Shown here one piece after another: positions 38,727 to 48,920 of a stretch of DNA of 64,000 nt. How positions within the stretch are numbered: the stretch's first letter is position 1; every line of letters begins with the position of its first letter. The stretch is taken from the IMG/VR virus record IMGVR_UViG_3300032086_003519, positions 1 through 64,000 of that record, one strand, 5' to 3'. Both the position numbers and the translations under genes were made by a program. The stretch comes from a virus. The notes under the pieces were generated by a model. That model saw only the letters and a list, made by a program, of their open reading frames with translations, was not told where the DNA came from and searched no databases.

Positions 38727-39739
38727 TATCCGGGAGCCTCATAATATCCAACATCGAAACCTTCTCTTGTGCAATTTTGTATTGTATCTAGCATACCAAA
38801 TTGGTCTAGGTGATTACTGACATGACGACACATACTTTCATCAGTTCCCGGCCAATCTTTCTTACAGAAGTCACAGAGTTTTTGACACTTCCAGTGAGAT
38901 TGATTTCTTGACAACATTCTTGGTCTAGTCGTCTTTTTGATTTCTTGAAATCTATCTTTTAACATGCCAAGAAACTTTTGCCTATCAGACTCCTCAAAGC
39001 AAATACTGAACGGGCCTCCATCTCTAATAAAGTATATCGACATAATCGCGTCATCATATTCAGGGAAAATCTTAGAAATAGCATAATGATAAAGCATTAG
39101 TTGCGGATCTTTGCAGAGCTTCTCGTATGTTTTCTCTTCTCCTGTAGCCCAGTTTAATCTGCGACCAGTCTTCCAGTCAATCACTTCGATGACTCTATCT
39201 GACACTTCTGTTACTAAGTCAATAGTGCCCTTGATGGCAAGCCTACCTTCGACCTTACTGCCGTCAGGCATGTCATATTCGTACTTTCCCCAGTCTTCTT
39301 CGATAGGAATGTCAAACTGCGGTTCCGCCGCAACAATATTTCTCTTGCGAGGATCAAAGTTGCCGTCATCATAAGTCAGTGCGTCCCAAGTAAGTTTATC
39401 ACAAAACTTGTAGTCGGCATTTGTATAATGATGTGTACACGGAACAGTGTAGTGATCGTAGCTACGCTTAAGGATTTCGTTTACAAATTTCTTTGTTCCG
39501 AGTCTACGCTTGGTAAACTCGACCTCTCCGATAGCGTCATCCTCAAGCAATAGCTCGTCACCATCTTGTAGCAATTTTTTGCATCCAGCTAAAACCTCCA
39601 TGACCTTGTGTACAACTGTACCAAGTTGAGCTTTTTTGCCCGATACAGTCTGATGACCCAAAACATAGGTCATAAAGTATTGCATCTGACAGTATTCAAA
39701 ATTATTATAACTAGAACTTCTTATGTACGTTACTAACAT
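38726..39739 (-). CDS. Cas4/RecB-like PD-(D/E)XK exonuclease
   Basis: N-terminal Cys (EYC), GTVVH, GTIDL, IDWKTG, QLMLY, and C-terminal C-x3-C-x2-C (putative Fe-S ligands). Confidence 0.8.
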   Translation of the reverse strand: MLVTYIRSSSYNNFEYCQMQYFMTYVLGHQTVSGKKAQLGTVVHKVMEVLAGCKKLLQDGDELLLEDDAIGEVEFTKRRLGTKKFVNEILKRSYDHYTVPCTHHYTNADYKFCDKLTWDALTYDDGNFDPRKRNIVAAEPQFDIPIEEDWGKYEYDMPDGSKVEGRLAIKGTIDLVTEVSDRVIEVIDWKTGRRLNWATGEEKTYEKLCKDPQLMLYHYAISKIFPEYDDAIMSIYFIRDGGPFSICFEESDRQKFLGMLKDRFQEIKKTTRPRMLSRNQSHWKCQKLCDFCKKDWPGTDESMCRHVSNHLDQFGMLDTIQNCTREGFDVGYYEAPG

Positions 39740-39740
39740 G

Positions 39741-40574
39741 TTATTCCTTAATCTTATGGATTCCACCTACCAACTCTGGCTTATCCGCATCTGGAATTGA
39801 TTCAGTAGGTGCTTCAATTTCACTACCAAGCCAACCCCACTTCTCAAGAAGCGAGATGATTTCCACGTTGGTTTCATGTAGTGTAAGTTCTTTATTGTCT
39901 ATTGTTGCATCGTAGTTTTGTATCTTTTCACTTTCTACTTCGCTGCTATGTGTATCAGCATCAACACCTCTAGTCAATCGGACGACTTTGCCTCCTGCTC
40001 TTTGAACTGCATCTACTTCATTTTGAAACCGACAGTCAGAAATTACAGCAACTAAAGGCTCCTCAGTGCGAATACTCTTGAGTGTGTGTTCAGTCCAAAT
40101 CTCTGGATGGATTTTACGACAAATGTCTGTACCAAAAAACTGCATGAACTCTCTAGCCGTCATACGACCTTCTTCATCACCCTCATATCCGGGCATATCT
40201 TGCCAACGAAACCAAGTTAAAGTATTCTTTTCTTGGTCAGTTCCATAGCATTGTGCATTATCAAGGTCAAATAAGCCGTTGCAAATTTCTTTGAGTGCAC
40301 CAGCAAAGGAATAGTGCTTAATGAAAGGCCATAAGTTTTCTGCGGCCCACAACCCAAAGTCAAGATCTGTCCTAGTTACATCAAGAACTCCTTGAGTAGT
40401 TTCTTCTACGCCATTTGCGTTAGTCGAAGTTGTATCTACAATCAACCTGCCCTTATCATCAATATTGAAACCTTTAATCAGATGATGACATCTCATTTGA
40501 TAACCATGTAGAAACGCGCAAGCTGAATTTTTGCCTGACTGTTTTCTGCCAGCGAAAGCCAAAATTCTTGTCAT
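39741..40574 (-). CDS. deoxynucleoside monophosphate kinase (T4 gp1-like)
   Basis: Motifs AGRKQSGK, SFA..LKE, REFMQFFGTD, ISDCRFQNE. Confidence 0.85.
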   Translation of the reverse strand: MTRILAFAGRKQSGKNSACAFLHGYQMRCHHLIKGFNIDDKGRLIVDTTSTNANGVEETTQGVLDVTRTDLDFGLWAAENLWPFIKHYSFAGALKEICNGLFDLDNAQCYGTDQEKNTLTWFRWQDMPGYEGDEEGRMTAREFMQFFGTDICRKIHPEIWTEHTLKSIRTEEPLVAVISDCRFQNEVDAVQRAGGKVVRLTRGVDADTHSSEVESEKIQNYDATIDNKELTLHETNVEIISLLEKWGWLGSEIEAPTESIPDADKPELVGGIHKIKE

Positions 40575-41630
40575 TTATAGAACTCCTTCTAATTTATTTA
40601 TAATTTGATCTTGTATTTGTTCGACTGTCATATCGCCAACATCTTTTTGGTCAATTTGAGGTCGATAGTAATTGAATCTTCTGCCACATCGTTTGAGGAT
40701 TTGTTGTGCGGCTTTCTCGCCAGCTTCATCATAGTCGGTAAGTATTACAACATTTCTTGCACCACTTCTTTCTATTAGTATTAGTTGGTCTTCACTGAGA
40801 CTCGCACCAAATATTCCAACAGTGTTTGTAATCCCAGCCTCGTGCATACGCCAAACATCACCTTGTCCTTCTACTAAAACAATAGTGCCTTTTCTCATTA
40901 TATCATCTTTGGCAACATTATACCCGTATAAATAAGAACTTTTTTTGAAACCTTTACTATGCAGCCATTTTGGTTGCATGTTCTGATAGACGGCTCTACC
41001 AATACAAGCAACGTAATTATTATTCTCATCATAGATAGGTACAACTACTCGGCCTGACATTGGTTTGCCTTTACCGATGCACATACCTATATCAAACTTC
41101 TCAAGAGTTTCTGGTTTATATCCACGATTGATGTAGTATTGTGATGGTATATCAAGCTTGCTCACGACAGCATCTCTATCAATAACTTGCTCATGCCTCA
41201 TAGGTTCTCTCTGAAAAACCTCAAGTATCTTTACCACGCTGTAGTTCTCAACTGGTTGCTCAAACTCAATTGTCTCTGGATCTAAACCCAAAAATTTACT
41301 ACAAAAATAAAAGGTCTCTAATACTCCGACCTCTTTAGCTTTTCTGTTTGACAAGACACCACGAACAAAACCAAAAGTGTTCTTACCAAAGTCTTCGTGA
41401 CAGTTGGCAGTCCAACAGTTCCAGTTCCCTTTGGAGCTCACTCCATCTGTAAAAATAGAACAGCCCTCTGGATTGTCTCCGCCGTGAATAGGGCAAGCAC
41501 ATGCAAGTCTATTCGGGTACTCAATGTATTCAATATCGAAATATTTAAGCAAATCTTCAACCCTATTGGAGAGCTGATTAGACACCGCTAATATCTGCTG
41601 ATTCGTTAGTCGTTTGTTCAAAACCATCAT
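40575..41630 (-). CDS. dnaG: DNA primase (CHC2 zinc finger + TOPRIM)
   Basis: Motifs CPIHGGDN...WNCWTANC, LYG, VEGQGD, TDYDEAG, KDVGD. Confidence 0.85.
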   Translation of the reverse strand: MMVLNKRLTNQQILAVSNQLSNRVEDLLKYFDIEYIEYPNRLACACPIHGGDNPEGCSIFTDGVSSKGNWNCWTANCHEDFGKNTFGFVRGVLSNRKAKEVGVLETFYFCSKFLGLDPETIEFEQPVENYSVVKILEVFQREPMRHEQVIDRDAVVSKLDIPSQYYINRGYKPETLEKFDIGMCIGKGKPMSGRVVVPIYDENNNYVACIGRAVYQNMQPKWLHSKGFKKSSYLYGYNVAKDDIMRKGTIVLVEGQGDVWRMHEAGITNTVGIFGASLSEDQLILIERSGARNVVILTDYDEAGEKAAQQILKRCGRRFNYYRPQIDQKDVGDMTVEQIQDQIINKLEGVL

Positions 41631-43047
41631 CCTTAATTTTGCTTGACTTATGGGCTTCATTTCTTGTCTTGCCCTCGACAAGCTTACCAAATTTACCAAA
41701 CATATTCATATTGATGTAGTCACCGTCATCAAGTCCGGCTCCGTGACGAGCAACAATTGGAACAAGTTTTCTGTTACCATGCTCCTCTCCGTCATCAGCC
41801 ATTTCTTCATCTGACTTCATCTTAAAAATAGTAAAGCTGGTACACAACCAAATCAATCTATCAGAACCACTGACAACATCTGTTGATTCCTTTGTGATAC
41901 CATCTCTGTTTAGCTGTACAAAGCTCAGACAAGGAACATCATGTTTTACGCAGAAGTTATGTAACTGCGTGATTTGAAATCCTAGCACTTGAAACTCCTG
42001 CATGGAGTTGGAGATGCTGTCCGAGTTCATCAATTTTAAATAGTCATAAATTATAATACAATCGTTTGTTCTACCATTTTCATCAAAGCCAACTTCTTGA
42101 TGAATCCATTTACGCATAATTGCAAGAATGTTTTCAAATGGTTGGCCAGCAATACTAACGTAGTGATATGGGATATTCTGTAGTTCTTCAGCTGCTTTTT
42201 CTACTTTCTCAATGTCCAAATCATTATTAGCAAATTTACCACTAGCTAACTTGTTAATCTCCACACCACTAAGGTTCGCTAGCATACGGTTGAGATGGTC
42301 TTCTTTCGACATTTCAGTGTCTAACATCAACACTGGAATATTTAAGTTTCTAGATACGTGCATAGCTACAGCATCGCCAAACATGGACTTACCAACTTTA
42401 GGGCGAGCAGCAACTAGATCTACGCATTTCCTGCGTATACCTCCACCAATCGCCTCATCAAAGCGAGGAAAGCCAGTGCTGATACCCAACATCTCATTTT
42501 GGTTCTCTTTCAAGAACTCAACGTATTCGCCTACATCCTCACCAATGATTTTTGGTTTGTTATCTGAGCCTTGATATATCTTTGAAGTAGCATCGAGAAT
42601 AGGTGTTTCAATCAAAGAGATGATCTCTGCAATATCTTCGTCACCATTAATCTTGTCTACTTCCAGAGAGCATTTGGCCAAAGTCTTCTTTACGTCACGA
42701 GCTATCTTGAGCTTAGCTAACTTGGCTCCATTAACAGGAATGTTGTCTTCCAGAATCGGAGTATCAAACAAGTATCTTAGATAACCAGCTTCTTCCTTAA
42801 TAATATCATAATGATTGAGCTGATTAGCAGCGGAAAGCAATGACGAAAGCTCCGCTTTTTGAGTGGATTCAAGAGACTTTTTTATGCAGTCAAAGATAAC
42901 CTGATTTGTTTGGTCTACAAAATACTCGGTGCTGATATACTCAACCTCAAGCATTGCATCAATTCCGTATTGACACAAGCCAGCGAGAACCGCAGACTCA
43001 GCTGCGGCATCTTCTAGCTTATTTTCATTTTGTTTAATTCGTACCAT
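41578..43047 (-). CDS. dnaB: replicative DnaB-like helicase
   Basis: Motifs AESAVLA, GISTGF, AARPKVGKS, DTEM, IYDYLKL, QLNR. Start set at MVRIKQ. Confidence 0.9.
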   Translation of the reverse strand: MVRIKQNENKLEDAAAESAVLAGLCQYGIDAMLEVEYISTEYFVDQTNQVIFDCIKKSLESTQKAELSSLLSAANQLNHYDIIKEEAGYLRYLFDTPILEDNIPVNGAKLAKLKIARDVKKTLAKCSLEVDKINGDEDIAEIISLIETPILDATSKIYQGSDNKPKIIGEDVGEYVEFLKENQNEMLGISTGFPRFDEAIGGGIRRKCVDLVAARPKVGKSMFGDAVAMHVSRNLNIPVLMLDTEMSKEDHLNRMLANLSGVEINKLASGKFANNDLDIEKVEKAAEELQNIPYHYVSIAGQPFENILAIMRKWIHQEVGFDENGRTNDCIIIYDYLKLMNSDSISNSMQEFQVLGFQITQLHNFCVKHDVPCLSFVQLNRDGITKESTDVVSGSDRLIWLCTSFTIFKMKSDEEMADDGEEHGNRKLVPIVARHGAGLDDGDYINMNMFGKFGKLVEGKTRNEAHKSSKIKDDGFEQTTNESADISGV

Positions 43048-43181
43048 AATAACCCCACATTGGCCATTGCATAAGAAAACCACATGAGGGCATGTGGATA
43101 ATCTTTTTGTTTCATACAAGAAACACAGACAGCTAAGTACATTACCGAAGCTGTTGCGATTGCAAGTATCCCTAAATTCAT
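43014..43181 (-). CDS. small membrane protein, 55 aa (not in the ORF track)
   Basis: Translated by hand: MNLGILAIATASVMYLAVCVSCMKQKDYPHALMWFSYAMANVGLLWYELNKMKIS*. Two hydrophobic segments; starts immediately after the upstream stop. Confidence 0.6.
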   Translation of the reverse strand: MNLGILAIATASVMYLAVCVSCMKQKDYPHALMWFSYAMANVGLLWYELNKMKIS

Positions 43182-43280
43182 TTACATTCCTCTAAAAATA
43201 TAGAACCCCATACAAATGCTGGCGCTTAAAAATACGCCGAGCAGAAAATCTTTCCATTCCAAATTAATTGATTTCTTCAT
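43182..43280 (-). CDS. small membrane peptide, 32 aa (not in the ORF track)
   Basis: Translated by hand: MKKSINLEWKDFLLGVFLSASICMGFYIFRGM*. TAATG overlap with the upstream gene; fills the gap exactly. Confidence 0.55.
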   Translation of the reverse strand: MKKSINLEWKDFLLGVFLSASICMGFYIFRGM

Positions 43281-43675
43281 TATCCAAAAAACCCTTTGAT
43301 CTTAGTTAAGATGTCCCCACCTCCAAAACCACCTTTGAAGATTACTAGGTATGCTACTATAGCACCAACTATGATAAAAAACAACCACTTTCTCTTAGAA
43401 GCGACCGCATAAAACTTTTCTTTTATTGCGGCAATCTTCTCTAATCGGTAGTTTCGTCTTTCTTCAACCTTCTCTTTGCGTTCTTCTCTACGTTCTTCTT
43501 TTGCCTCTTTCCTGATTTCACCTCTAGTTCTAGTAGTCTCTGGCAATTCTTCAGCCTCCGACTCTTCACTGATAACGGAATCAAGAGTAGATACTATCTC
43601 ATCTACTTGAGAAGTGTCATAGGTTTTATTGGGAAAAATTTTATCTTTTATACTTTGTAATATATTCTTAAACAT
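43280..43675 (-). CDS. hypothetical membrane protein
   Basis: Charged coiled-coil followed by a C-terminal TM segment (WLFFIIVGAIVAYLVIF). Confidence 0.6.
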   Translation of the reverse strand: MFKNILQSIKDKIFPNKTYDTSQVDEIVSTLDSVISEESEAEELPETTRTRGEIRKEAKEERREERKEKVEERRNYRLEKIAAIKEKFYAVASKRKWLFFIIVGAIVAYLVIFKGGFGGGDILTKIKGFFG

Positions 43676-44292
43676 TATAAACCTTTTACATAATCTAAGT
43701 TAAGATCCAAATCTTGCTTGACAAACCAGCGATGCCAAATGTATTTTCCGCAAGGACTTTTGGATGTGTAGAAATTATCATAACCGAGAGACTCCATGTA
43801 GCCGTAATCTAAATAGTTAGGCACATCGTGATTCTCTGCGCAAATTAATTTTATGTTCGTCTTTGAAAAGTCTATTCCAGAAATAGCTTCGTGCTCAAAG
43901 CCTTCTAAATCTAGTGACAAAAAGTCTATCTCAGTGATAGAATTCTCATCAAATATATCTTGCAACATCCTAGCTGGAGATTGAAAAGAATTGTCACCAG
44001 AAGCTCCTTCTGCGCAACTTGCTACCATGCCTGCACCATGAAATATTATTGTGTCTTGGTTGTACTCATTGCCTACAATAGCAGAGTGAATAAACTTGGT
44101 GTTTGGTCTATTGACAAGATACCCTGCCTGATAAGAACTATGTGCATCAATCGCTATGCCTTGCCACCCACTCTGCTCCAACTTGTATGTATTGTTTTGT
44201 TCTACGTAACTGTTACATCCCGCATCAACAAAAAATCCAGACGAGCCGAGAATTGATAGAACAATGTCATCTACGTTGTCTTGTGCTGCCAT
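43675..44292 (-). CDS. FkbM-family methyltransferase
   Basis: Motifs GFFVDAGC, NNTY.LE..GW.GI.ID, IDFLSLDLEGFE. Confidence 0.85.
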   Translation of the reverse strand: MAAQDNVDDIVLSILGSSGFFVDAGCNSYVEQNNTYKLEQSGWQGIAIDAHSSYQAGYLVNRPNTKFIHSAIVGNEYNQDTIIFHGAGMVASCAEGASGDNSFQSPARMLQDIFDENSITEIDFLSLDLEGFEHEAISGIDFSKTNIKLICAENHDVPNYLDYGYMESLGYDNFYTSKSPCGKYIWHRWFVKQDLDLNLDYVKGL

Positions 44293-44714
44293 TACTTTCC
44301 ACTGCTCCCAAAGCCGCCCTCTCCACGATCAGTATCGTCTAGACTTTCGACTTCTAAAAATTCAACATCTTCAACTTTTTGTATAATTAACTGCGCTATT
44401 CTATCGCCCGGCTGAACGTGTACCATTTGGTCAGAAGTATTCAGTAGGCATACTTTTATTTCACCTCTATATCCAGAGTCAATAACGCCTGCAAGCACAT
44501 CAATCCCACTTTTAACTGACAAGCCAGATCTTGGCCAGATAAGACCGCAATAACCATCAGGAATCGCTATAGATATATCTGTGGAGATTAACCTTCTTTT
44601 ATGTGGAAAAATTGGCTGTGCTAAATCTGAAGCATATATATCCCAACCAGCGTCAGAACTGTGTGCCTTAGTTGGAACTTTAGCATCTTTACTTAGTAAC
44701 TTGACTTTTATCAT
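44292..44714 (-). CDS. dut: trimeric dUTPase
   Basis: Motifs AGWD, RSG, GVIDSGYRGE, RIAQ, RGEGGFGSSG. Confidence 0.95.
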   Translation of the reverse strand: MIKVKLLSKDAKVPTKAHSSDAGWDIYASDLAQPIFPHKRRLISTDISIAIPDGYCGLIWPRSGLSVKSGIDVLAGVIDSGYRGEIKVCLLNTSDQMVHVQPGDRIAQLIIQKVEDVEFLEVESLDDTDRGEGGFGSSGK

Positions 44715-45157
44715 TATCTTCTCCTGTTAGATAAGCAGCCGTCACAGACAAACCATTCTCTACGGTGTGTCTCAGCTACTTCAAAAGTTTTTGAGCAACT
44801 TTGACAGGTCTGATTAACCTTTCTAGGTGCTTTCCTTCTTTCTGTTGGTGTTACTGATGGAGTTTCTATATCCATATGCTCAGTTCTGTCATCAAAGAAC
44901 TTGTTCTCTCTTTGTCTAATATCATTGACAGGAGTTCTTGAGCTAGATCTAGATTCTCTACTCACAACAAACTCATCAGCAGTGACTCTCTGAGGTGAAG
45001 CTTCTTCCTTCTTTACGACCTGTTTTACTTCAGGTTGAGCAGGCGTTTCGGTTTCAACTTGCACCTCTAGTAGAGAGTTTGCCATATTTATTAAATCTTC
45101 ATCATTTAGAGCGATACCTTTCTTGAGTAGCTCTTTTGCTGTATCAATTATTGACAT
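44714..45157 (-). CDS. hypothetical protein with C-terminal zinc ribbon
   Basis: CQSC...CDGC. Confidence 0.6.
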   Translation of the reverse strand: MSIIDTAKELLKKGIALNDEDLINMANSLLEVQVETETPAQPEVKQVVKKEEASPQRVTADEFVVSRESRSSSRTPVNDIRQRENKFFDDRTEHMDIETPSVTPTERRKAPRKVNQTCQSCSKTFEVAETHRREWFVCDGCLSNRRR

Positions 45158-45624
45158 TAGTAACCTCTTCTTTTACCTAAGTCTTGCAATAGCGCAGCCA
45201 TTCTTTTAGCGTTGTCAACTTTACCAGAAAGCCGATTGAGTCTAGCCTGCGACATAATCTTTAATCTATTTAATTCTGTAGCCATTGGATTTTCTTTTAT
45301 TGCGGAGTAATATTTTTCCTGCCATTTGGAATATTGTCCTCCGTAGTTCTGTAGTTTGTCTCCGACCATAAACCAGATACTGTCATCACAAAACTCAACG
45401 ACTGTCTTCTCTTTATTATAAACACCTTGAAGATATTCTGCATGAGCAAAAAGAACAAAAGAATAGGACAGTGCCTTCTCTTGGCTCAGTGATCTAACCT
45501 CATCAGAACTGAGCGCCATGATTGGCTCGACTTCCTCGTTTTCTTTTGCGAGATCTGCGTTTCTATCTTCAATCCAGTCATCCACCTTTGAGAGGAATTC
45601 TGTTACTTTTTGTTCGTTAGTCAA
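45157..45624 (-). CDS. hypothetical helical protein (possibly a UvsY-like recombination mediator)
   Basis: All-helical, about 155 aa, two genes downstream of recA. The function is a positional guess. Confidence 0.4.
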   Translation of the reverse strand: MTNEQKVTEFLSKVDDWIEDRNADLAKENEEVEPIMALSSDEVRSLSQEKALSYSFVLFAHAEYLQGVYNKEKTVVEFCDDSIWFMVGDKLQNYGGQYSKWQEKYYSAIKENPMATELNRLKIMSQARLNRLSGKVDNAKRMAALLQDLGKRRGY

Positions 45625-46030
45625 ATTTTTCTCTCCATTGTTCTTCAGACTCGTCGTAATTTAATTCAATCAAAGTCATATGATTCAGTTCGCACCAAGC
45701 TCTTTTATCTTTATCTCTTGCTTGAGCTTTGAAAAACGCCATCTTATCTTTGTGAAAAAATGAATTGAACTTAAAGTGTTGTTCGCCATGCACTTCTACG
45801 ACCAGTTCTCTATTTGGCACATAAAGGTCAGCATAAAGTAATGTTTTTCTAGAGCCAGTTTTAGTGCCGGGAAGCGTGACTTCTTCTAAGATTCTATCAT
45901 ATGGATAAATGTCTTTCAATAACTTTCTAGCTTTTTTGTGCAAAGAAGACCTATTTTTTTCACTCACCGAAGCCTGACTTCTGGAAGGATTCCACTTCCA
46001 GACTTTACCATCAAGACCGTGTATTTCCAT
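45617..46030 (-). CDS. Vsr/DUF559-like endonuclease
   Basis: ADLYVP...VVEVHGEQHF...RD..K..WC. Confidence 0.7.
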   Translation of the reverse strand: MEIHGLDGKVWKWNPSRSQASVSEKNRSSLHKKARKLLKDIYPYDRILEEVTLPGTKTGSRKTLLYADLYVPNRELVVEVHGEQHFKFNSFFHKDKMAFFKAQARDKDKRAWCELNHMTLIELNYDESEEQWREKFD

Positions 46031-47094
46031 TAGAGCATACCCTTAATTTCTTTCTCTAAGATATCAAACACTTCTTCGTTCGCCAGCAAGAAGTTGTAAA
46101 GTCTTTCTTGCCCTTGGAACTTTACTGCCTTTAAGACCGCCTCAGTATCTTCTATATTTGTTTCTGGTTTTATCTTCTTTACTACGTCTGTAAACCCAAC
46201 CATAAACTCACATGTAAACCAAGCGCCAGCTTTGCCAATTAAACCCAAATCCAACCCAAGCATAATAAGTTCTTGAATCTTGTCTACGCCATGACCATAT
46301 TTGATCCAGCTTTGACATTCTGTGCCGGGAGACCCCATTGAGGAACACACAATCTTCCAATTCACAGCTTGGCCTATCTGTGTGTCGCTTTGAACCCAAG
46401 GAGTGATAGATTTGACCTCCATGCGTGTATCAGCCTGATATTGAATCTTGCGCCCACAGTCTGGCATCCTTGAAGCACCATAGCCTGAAGTATTAGCAAT
46501 AAAGTGTGTAATAATAATTAAAGTGGCTCGTTGATTAGGAACGATTTGTCCCATCTTCTTACAGAAGACTGAAAGAATCTTTGGAAGACCTGCTCGTCCG
46601 GGAGTCATATCTCCATCCAGTTCTTTCTCGGGCATTAGCGATGAAGTGGAATCAATAATACAGACACACCCTTCATTCTCTTTTGCGCTAACAAGCTTGA
46701 CTGCAATATCCAGAAACGCTTCTGCACTAAGTGGCTCGTCTTCAGAATGGATGATTTGCATCTTTTCTTTATCTAAACCATCAACACCAAGAAGGTTCAT
46801 CTCTTTTAATCGACCTTCAGCGTCAAGATAGATAATTGGACGACCTTCTTTCTGGCAGTTGGCGGCAATCTGCAAAGCTGTGGTTGTTTTGCCGCACTTC
46901 GGATCTCCGGTTAAGATAACCCAAGAGCCTTCCTTGATTCCGCCACCCAATGCCAAGTCAATCGAAGGACTGACGGTGACAACCTTGTAATCTTTCCTTC
47001 TCTCTAGAATTTGATTCCCAGTAGAAATCACATTGCCATACTTCTTAACAATTTCTTTTACAAATGCTGGATCAGCCTTCTTTGTTTTTGCCAT
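46030..47094 (-). CDS. recA: RecA/UvsX-like recombinase
   Basis: Motifs SIDLALGGG, Walker A GDPKCGKTT, YLDAEG, IIDS, KAGAWF. Confidence 0.9.
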   Translation of the reverse strand: MAKTKKADPAFVKEIVKKYGNVISTGNQILERRKDYKVVTVSPSIDLALGGGIKEGSWVILTGDPKCGKTTTALQIAANCQKEGRPIIYLDAEGRLKEMNLLGVDGLDKEKMQIIHSEDEPLSAEAFLDIAVKLVSAKENEGCVCIIDSTSSLMPEKELDGDMTPGRAGLPKILSVFCKKMGQIVPNQRATLIIITHFIANTSGYGASRMPDCGRKIQYQADTRMEVKSITPWVQSDTQIGQAVNWKIVCSSMGSPGTECQSWIKYGHGVDKIQELIMLGLDLGLIGKAGAWFTCEFMVGFTDVVKKIKPETNIEDTEAVLKAVKFQGQERLYNFLLANEEVFDILEKEIKGML

Positions 47095-47527
47095 TTGAAT
47101 TCCTCAATTTAGAAAAGAGCGATTTGTTACCAAAGCTCTTCATTGGTTTTACATTTACATTATCTTCTTCTACTTCAATAATATCAACCTCTTTGGGTTT
47201 TGGCCTTGAATCTAGAAGTTTTTTGTGTTTTTTGACTTCATCTTTTACCCACTTGGGCAATGCAGAGTAAACTCGTTTGTTTTTATTTATGATATAGTCA
47301 TAGACAGCATCTTCGCCAAATTCAGAAATCATTTTATAGACTTCTTGAACCTGACGTTGATACTGTTTTTTACGAGTTTTATTCCAGAACTTGTAGGGCA
47401 AAGAGCCTTTGTTTTCTCTCTCTGATCTACGTTGCACCAATATCTCAGCTATGTATTGGCCTGTAGTACAGTAATCACCCGTTGAGGGTGACTTGAACCT
47501 GCTCGTTTTGCTTCTTCGTTTCGCCAT
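47072..47527 (-). CDS. hypothetical basic protein
   Basis: ORF overlaps its neighbours in the operon. Confidence 0.6.
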   Translation of the reverse strand: MAKRRSKTSRFKSPSTGDYCTTGQYIAEILVQRRSERENKGSLPYKFWNKTRKKQYQRQVQEVYKMISEFGEDAVYDYIINKNKRVYSALPKWVKDEVKKHKKLLDSRPKPKEVDIIEVEEDNVNVKPMKSFGNKSLFSKLRNSNGKNKEG

Positions 47528-47981
47528 CTTTCCAAATCATCCAAGAGAGATTTTCTTGAGTAATCATTCTCTTCTGTGTAAATTCCATAAAGTCGCACTC
47601 TGGCCAACTATACTTCTTCACTTCTACTTCAAGATCATCATTTAATAAACCAAATGTCATGTGCTGGTAGGACGGGCCATCTCCAGTCACCATATCAATA
47701 TCTTTTGAAAAGCCTCTAGCAATGAAAAAACCATCAAGGCCATCTTCGTTTTCAAAAACAACTTCTTCTGGCGCGCCCATCACAATTACTTGCGCCTTAG
47801 CTACACATCTACCATTTTCTTCACAGTATCTCTGCAATCTAAGCCAAGGGCTTTCAGGTACTCCGGGACGCTCATAGTCGCCCCATACAATTGTACCATC
47901 ATCTAACGTGCACTTCCAAGTCATGGAAACATCTTCCATAATCAGTTTACGGATATGTTCATCTCTGACAGTACAAATCAT
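47475..47981 (-). CDS. hypothetical protein
   Basis: Start set at MICTVR (RBS AAGGGAG). Confidence 0.6.
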   Translation of the reverse strand: MICTVRDEHIRKLIMEDVSMTWKCTLDDGTIVWGDYERPGVPESPWLRLQRYCEENGRCVAKAQVIVMGAPEEVVFENEDGLDGFFIARGFSKDIDMVTGDGPSYQHMTFGLLNDDLEVEVKKYSWPECDFMEFTQKRMITQENLSWMIWKDGETKKQNEQVQVTLNG

Positions 47982-47982
47982 G

Positions 47983-48375
47983 TTAGTCTCCCTTAATCTT
48001 ATGGATAGCACCTCTGTGGCGACGAGCGACATTAATCTTGTCAGGAAGTCTTTCTTCCTTAGTTCCGTCTCCAGCCATAGAAGCCTGTTCAGTCATGATA
48101 ACTGTTCCGTAGCGATTGTTTCTAGCCATTAGTTCACCAGCTTTAGGCATCTCAGGCTCTTCTTCTTCGGGCTCACTACCTGTAATAGTAGCAGAAACTG
48201 CTGGCTTTTCTTCTGCTGAATCGTGCAGTAGTTCTTCTTCGCCTAATTTTGTAAGATACTTGTCTACAGATTTCTCAGACCTGTCAAGCTCTTCTGCAAT
48301 TTCACCCACAGGCAACTCTCGATTGTCCTCAATATACTGTTTTTCGCTTTTTGAAAGCGGGCCTTTCTTAGTCAT
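47983..48375 (-). CDS. hypothetical protein with N-terminal HTH
   Basis: EIAEELDRSEKSV. Confidence 0.6.
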   Translation of the reverse strand: MTKKGPLSKSEKQYIEDNRELPVGEIAEELDRSEKSVDKYLTKLGEEELLHDSAEEKPAVSATITGSEPEEEEPEMPKAGELMARNNRYGTVIMTEQASMAGDGTKEERLPDKINVARRHRGAIHKIKGD

Positions 48376-48376
48376 T

Positions 48377-48709
48377 TTAAACCTCCATAAGTGATCTTCT
48401 TGCTCGTGTCAAAAAGATTCTATCTCTATTTGTTAAATATTCTATATAGTAATTGTATACGTTTTCTTTAACTTTCCTGAAGTCAAAGTATGGTCTGTTA
48501 TGCATGTTTCTATCTGCACCAAAAGGGTCGAACAAATCACCTCTACCATATTTGATATAATGAGTTTTGTATTCGCCATTCACGACAATTTTAGCAAATG
48601 CATCTTTTTCTTTAACTTCTTCGCCTTTGGCTCCAATAAAGGTTGTAACCTTAGTCGGAACTTCTGGTAAATTCAGATGAGAAATATCATCATTTTCGCC
48701 TCTAGCCAT
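48377..48709 (-). CDS. hypothetical protein
   Basis: ORF in the operon. Confidence 0.6.
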   Translation of the reverse strand: MARGENDDISHLNLPEVPTKVTTFIGAKGEEVKEKDAFAKIVVNGEYKTHYIKYGRGDLFDPFGADRNMHNRPYFDFRKVKENVYNYYIEYLTNRDRIFLTRARRSLMEV

Positions 48710-48920
48710 CTAATTTCTCCAATAACTCTTTGATCTTTTTAATACAATCTGCTCTGTCAAAGCCGTCTATAGCTATCTTAGCTTGACGACCAATATCATA
48801 TCTTGCAAGTTCTTCTTCACTAGCTGGAATAGGATCTAGATCTCCATTCCTAAGAACTTCATGCACAGCAATACCGATATGTATAATTGCTTTGTGCGGT
48901 AAGTTAGCTCTATCAACCAT
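48702..48920 (-). CDS. hypothetical protein
   Basis: ORF in the operon; TAATG overlap. Confidence 0.55.
   Translation of the reverse strand: MVDRANLPHKAIIHIGIAVHEVLRNGDLDPIPASEEELARYDIGRQAKIAIDGFDRADCIKKIKELLEKLDG

Noticed and set aside
38726-39739. Cas4-like nuclease as evidence of a CRISPR-Cas system
   Set aside because: No repeat-spacer array or other cas genes were seen. Stand-alone Cas4-like nucleases are common in phage replication modules.
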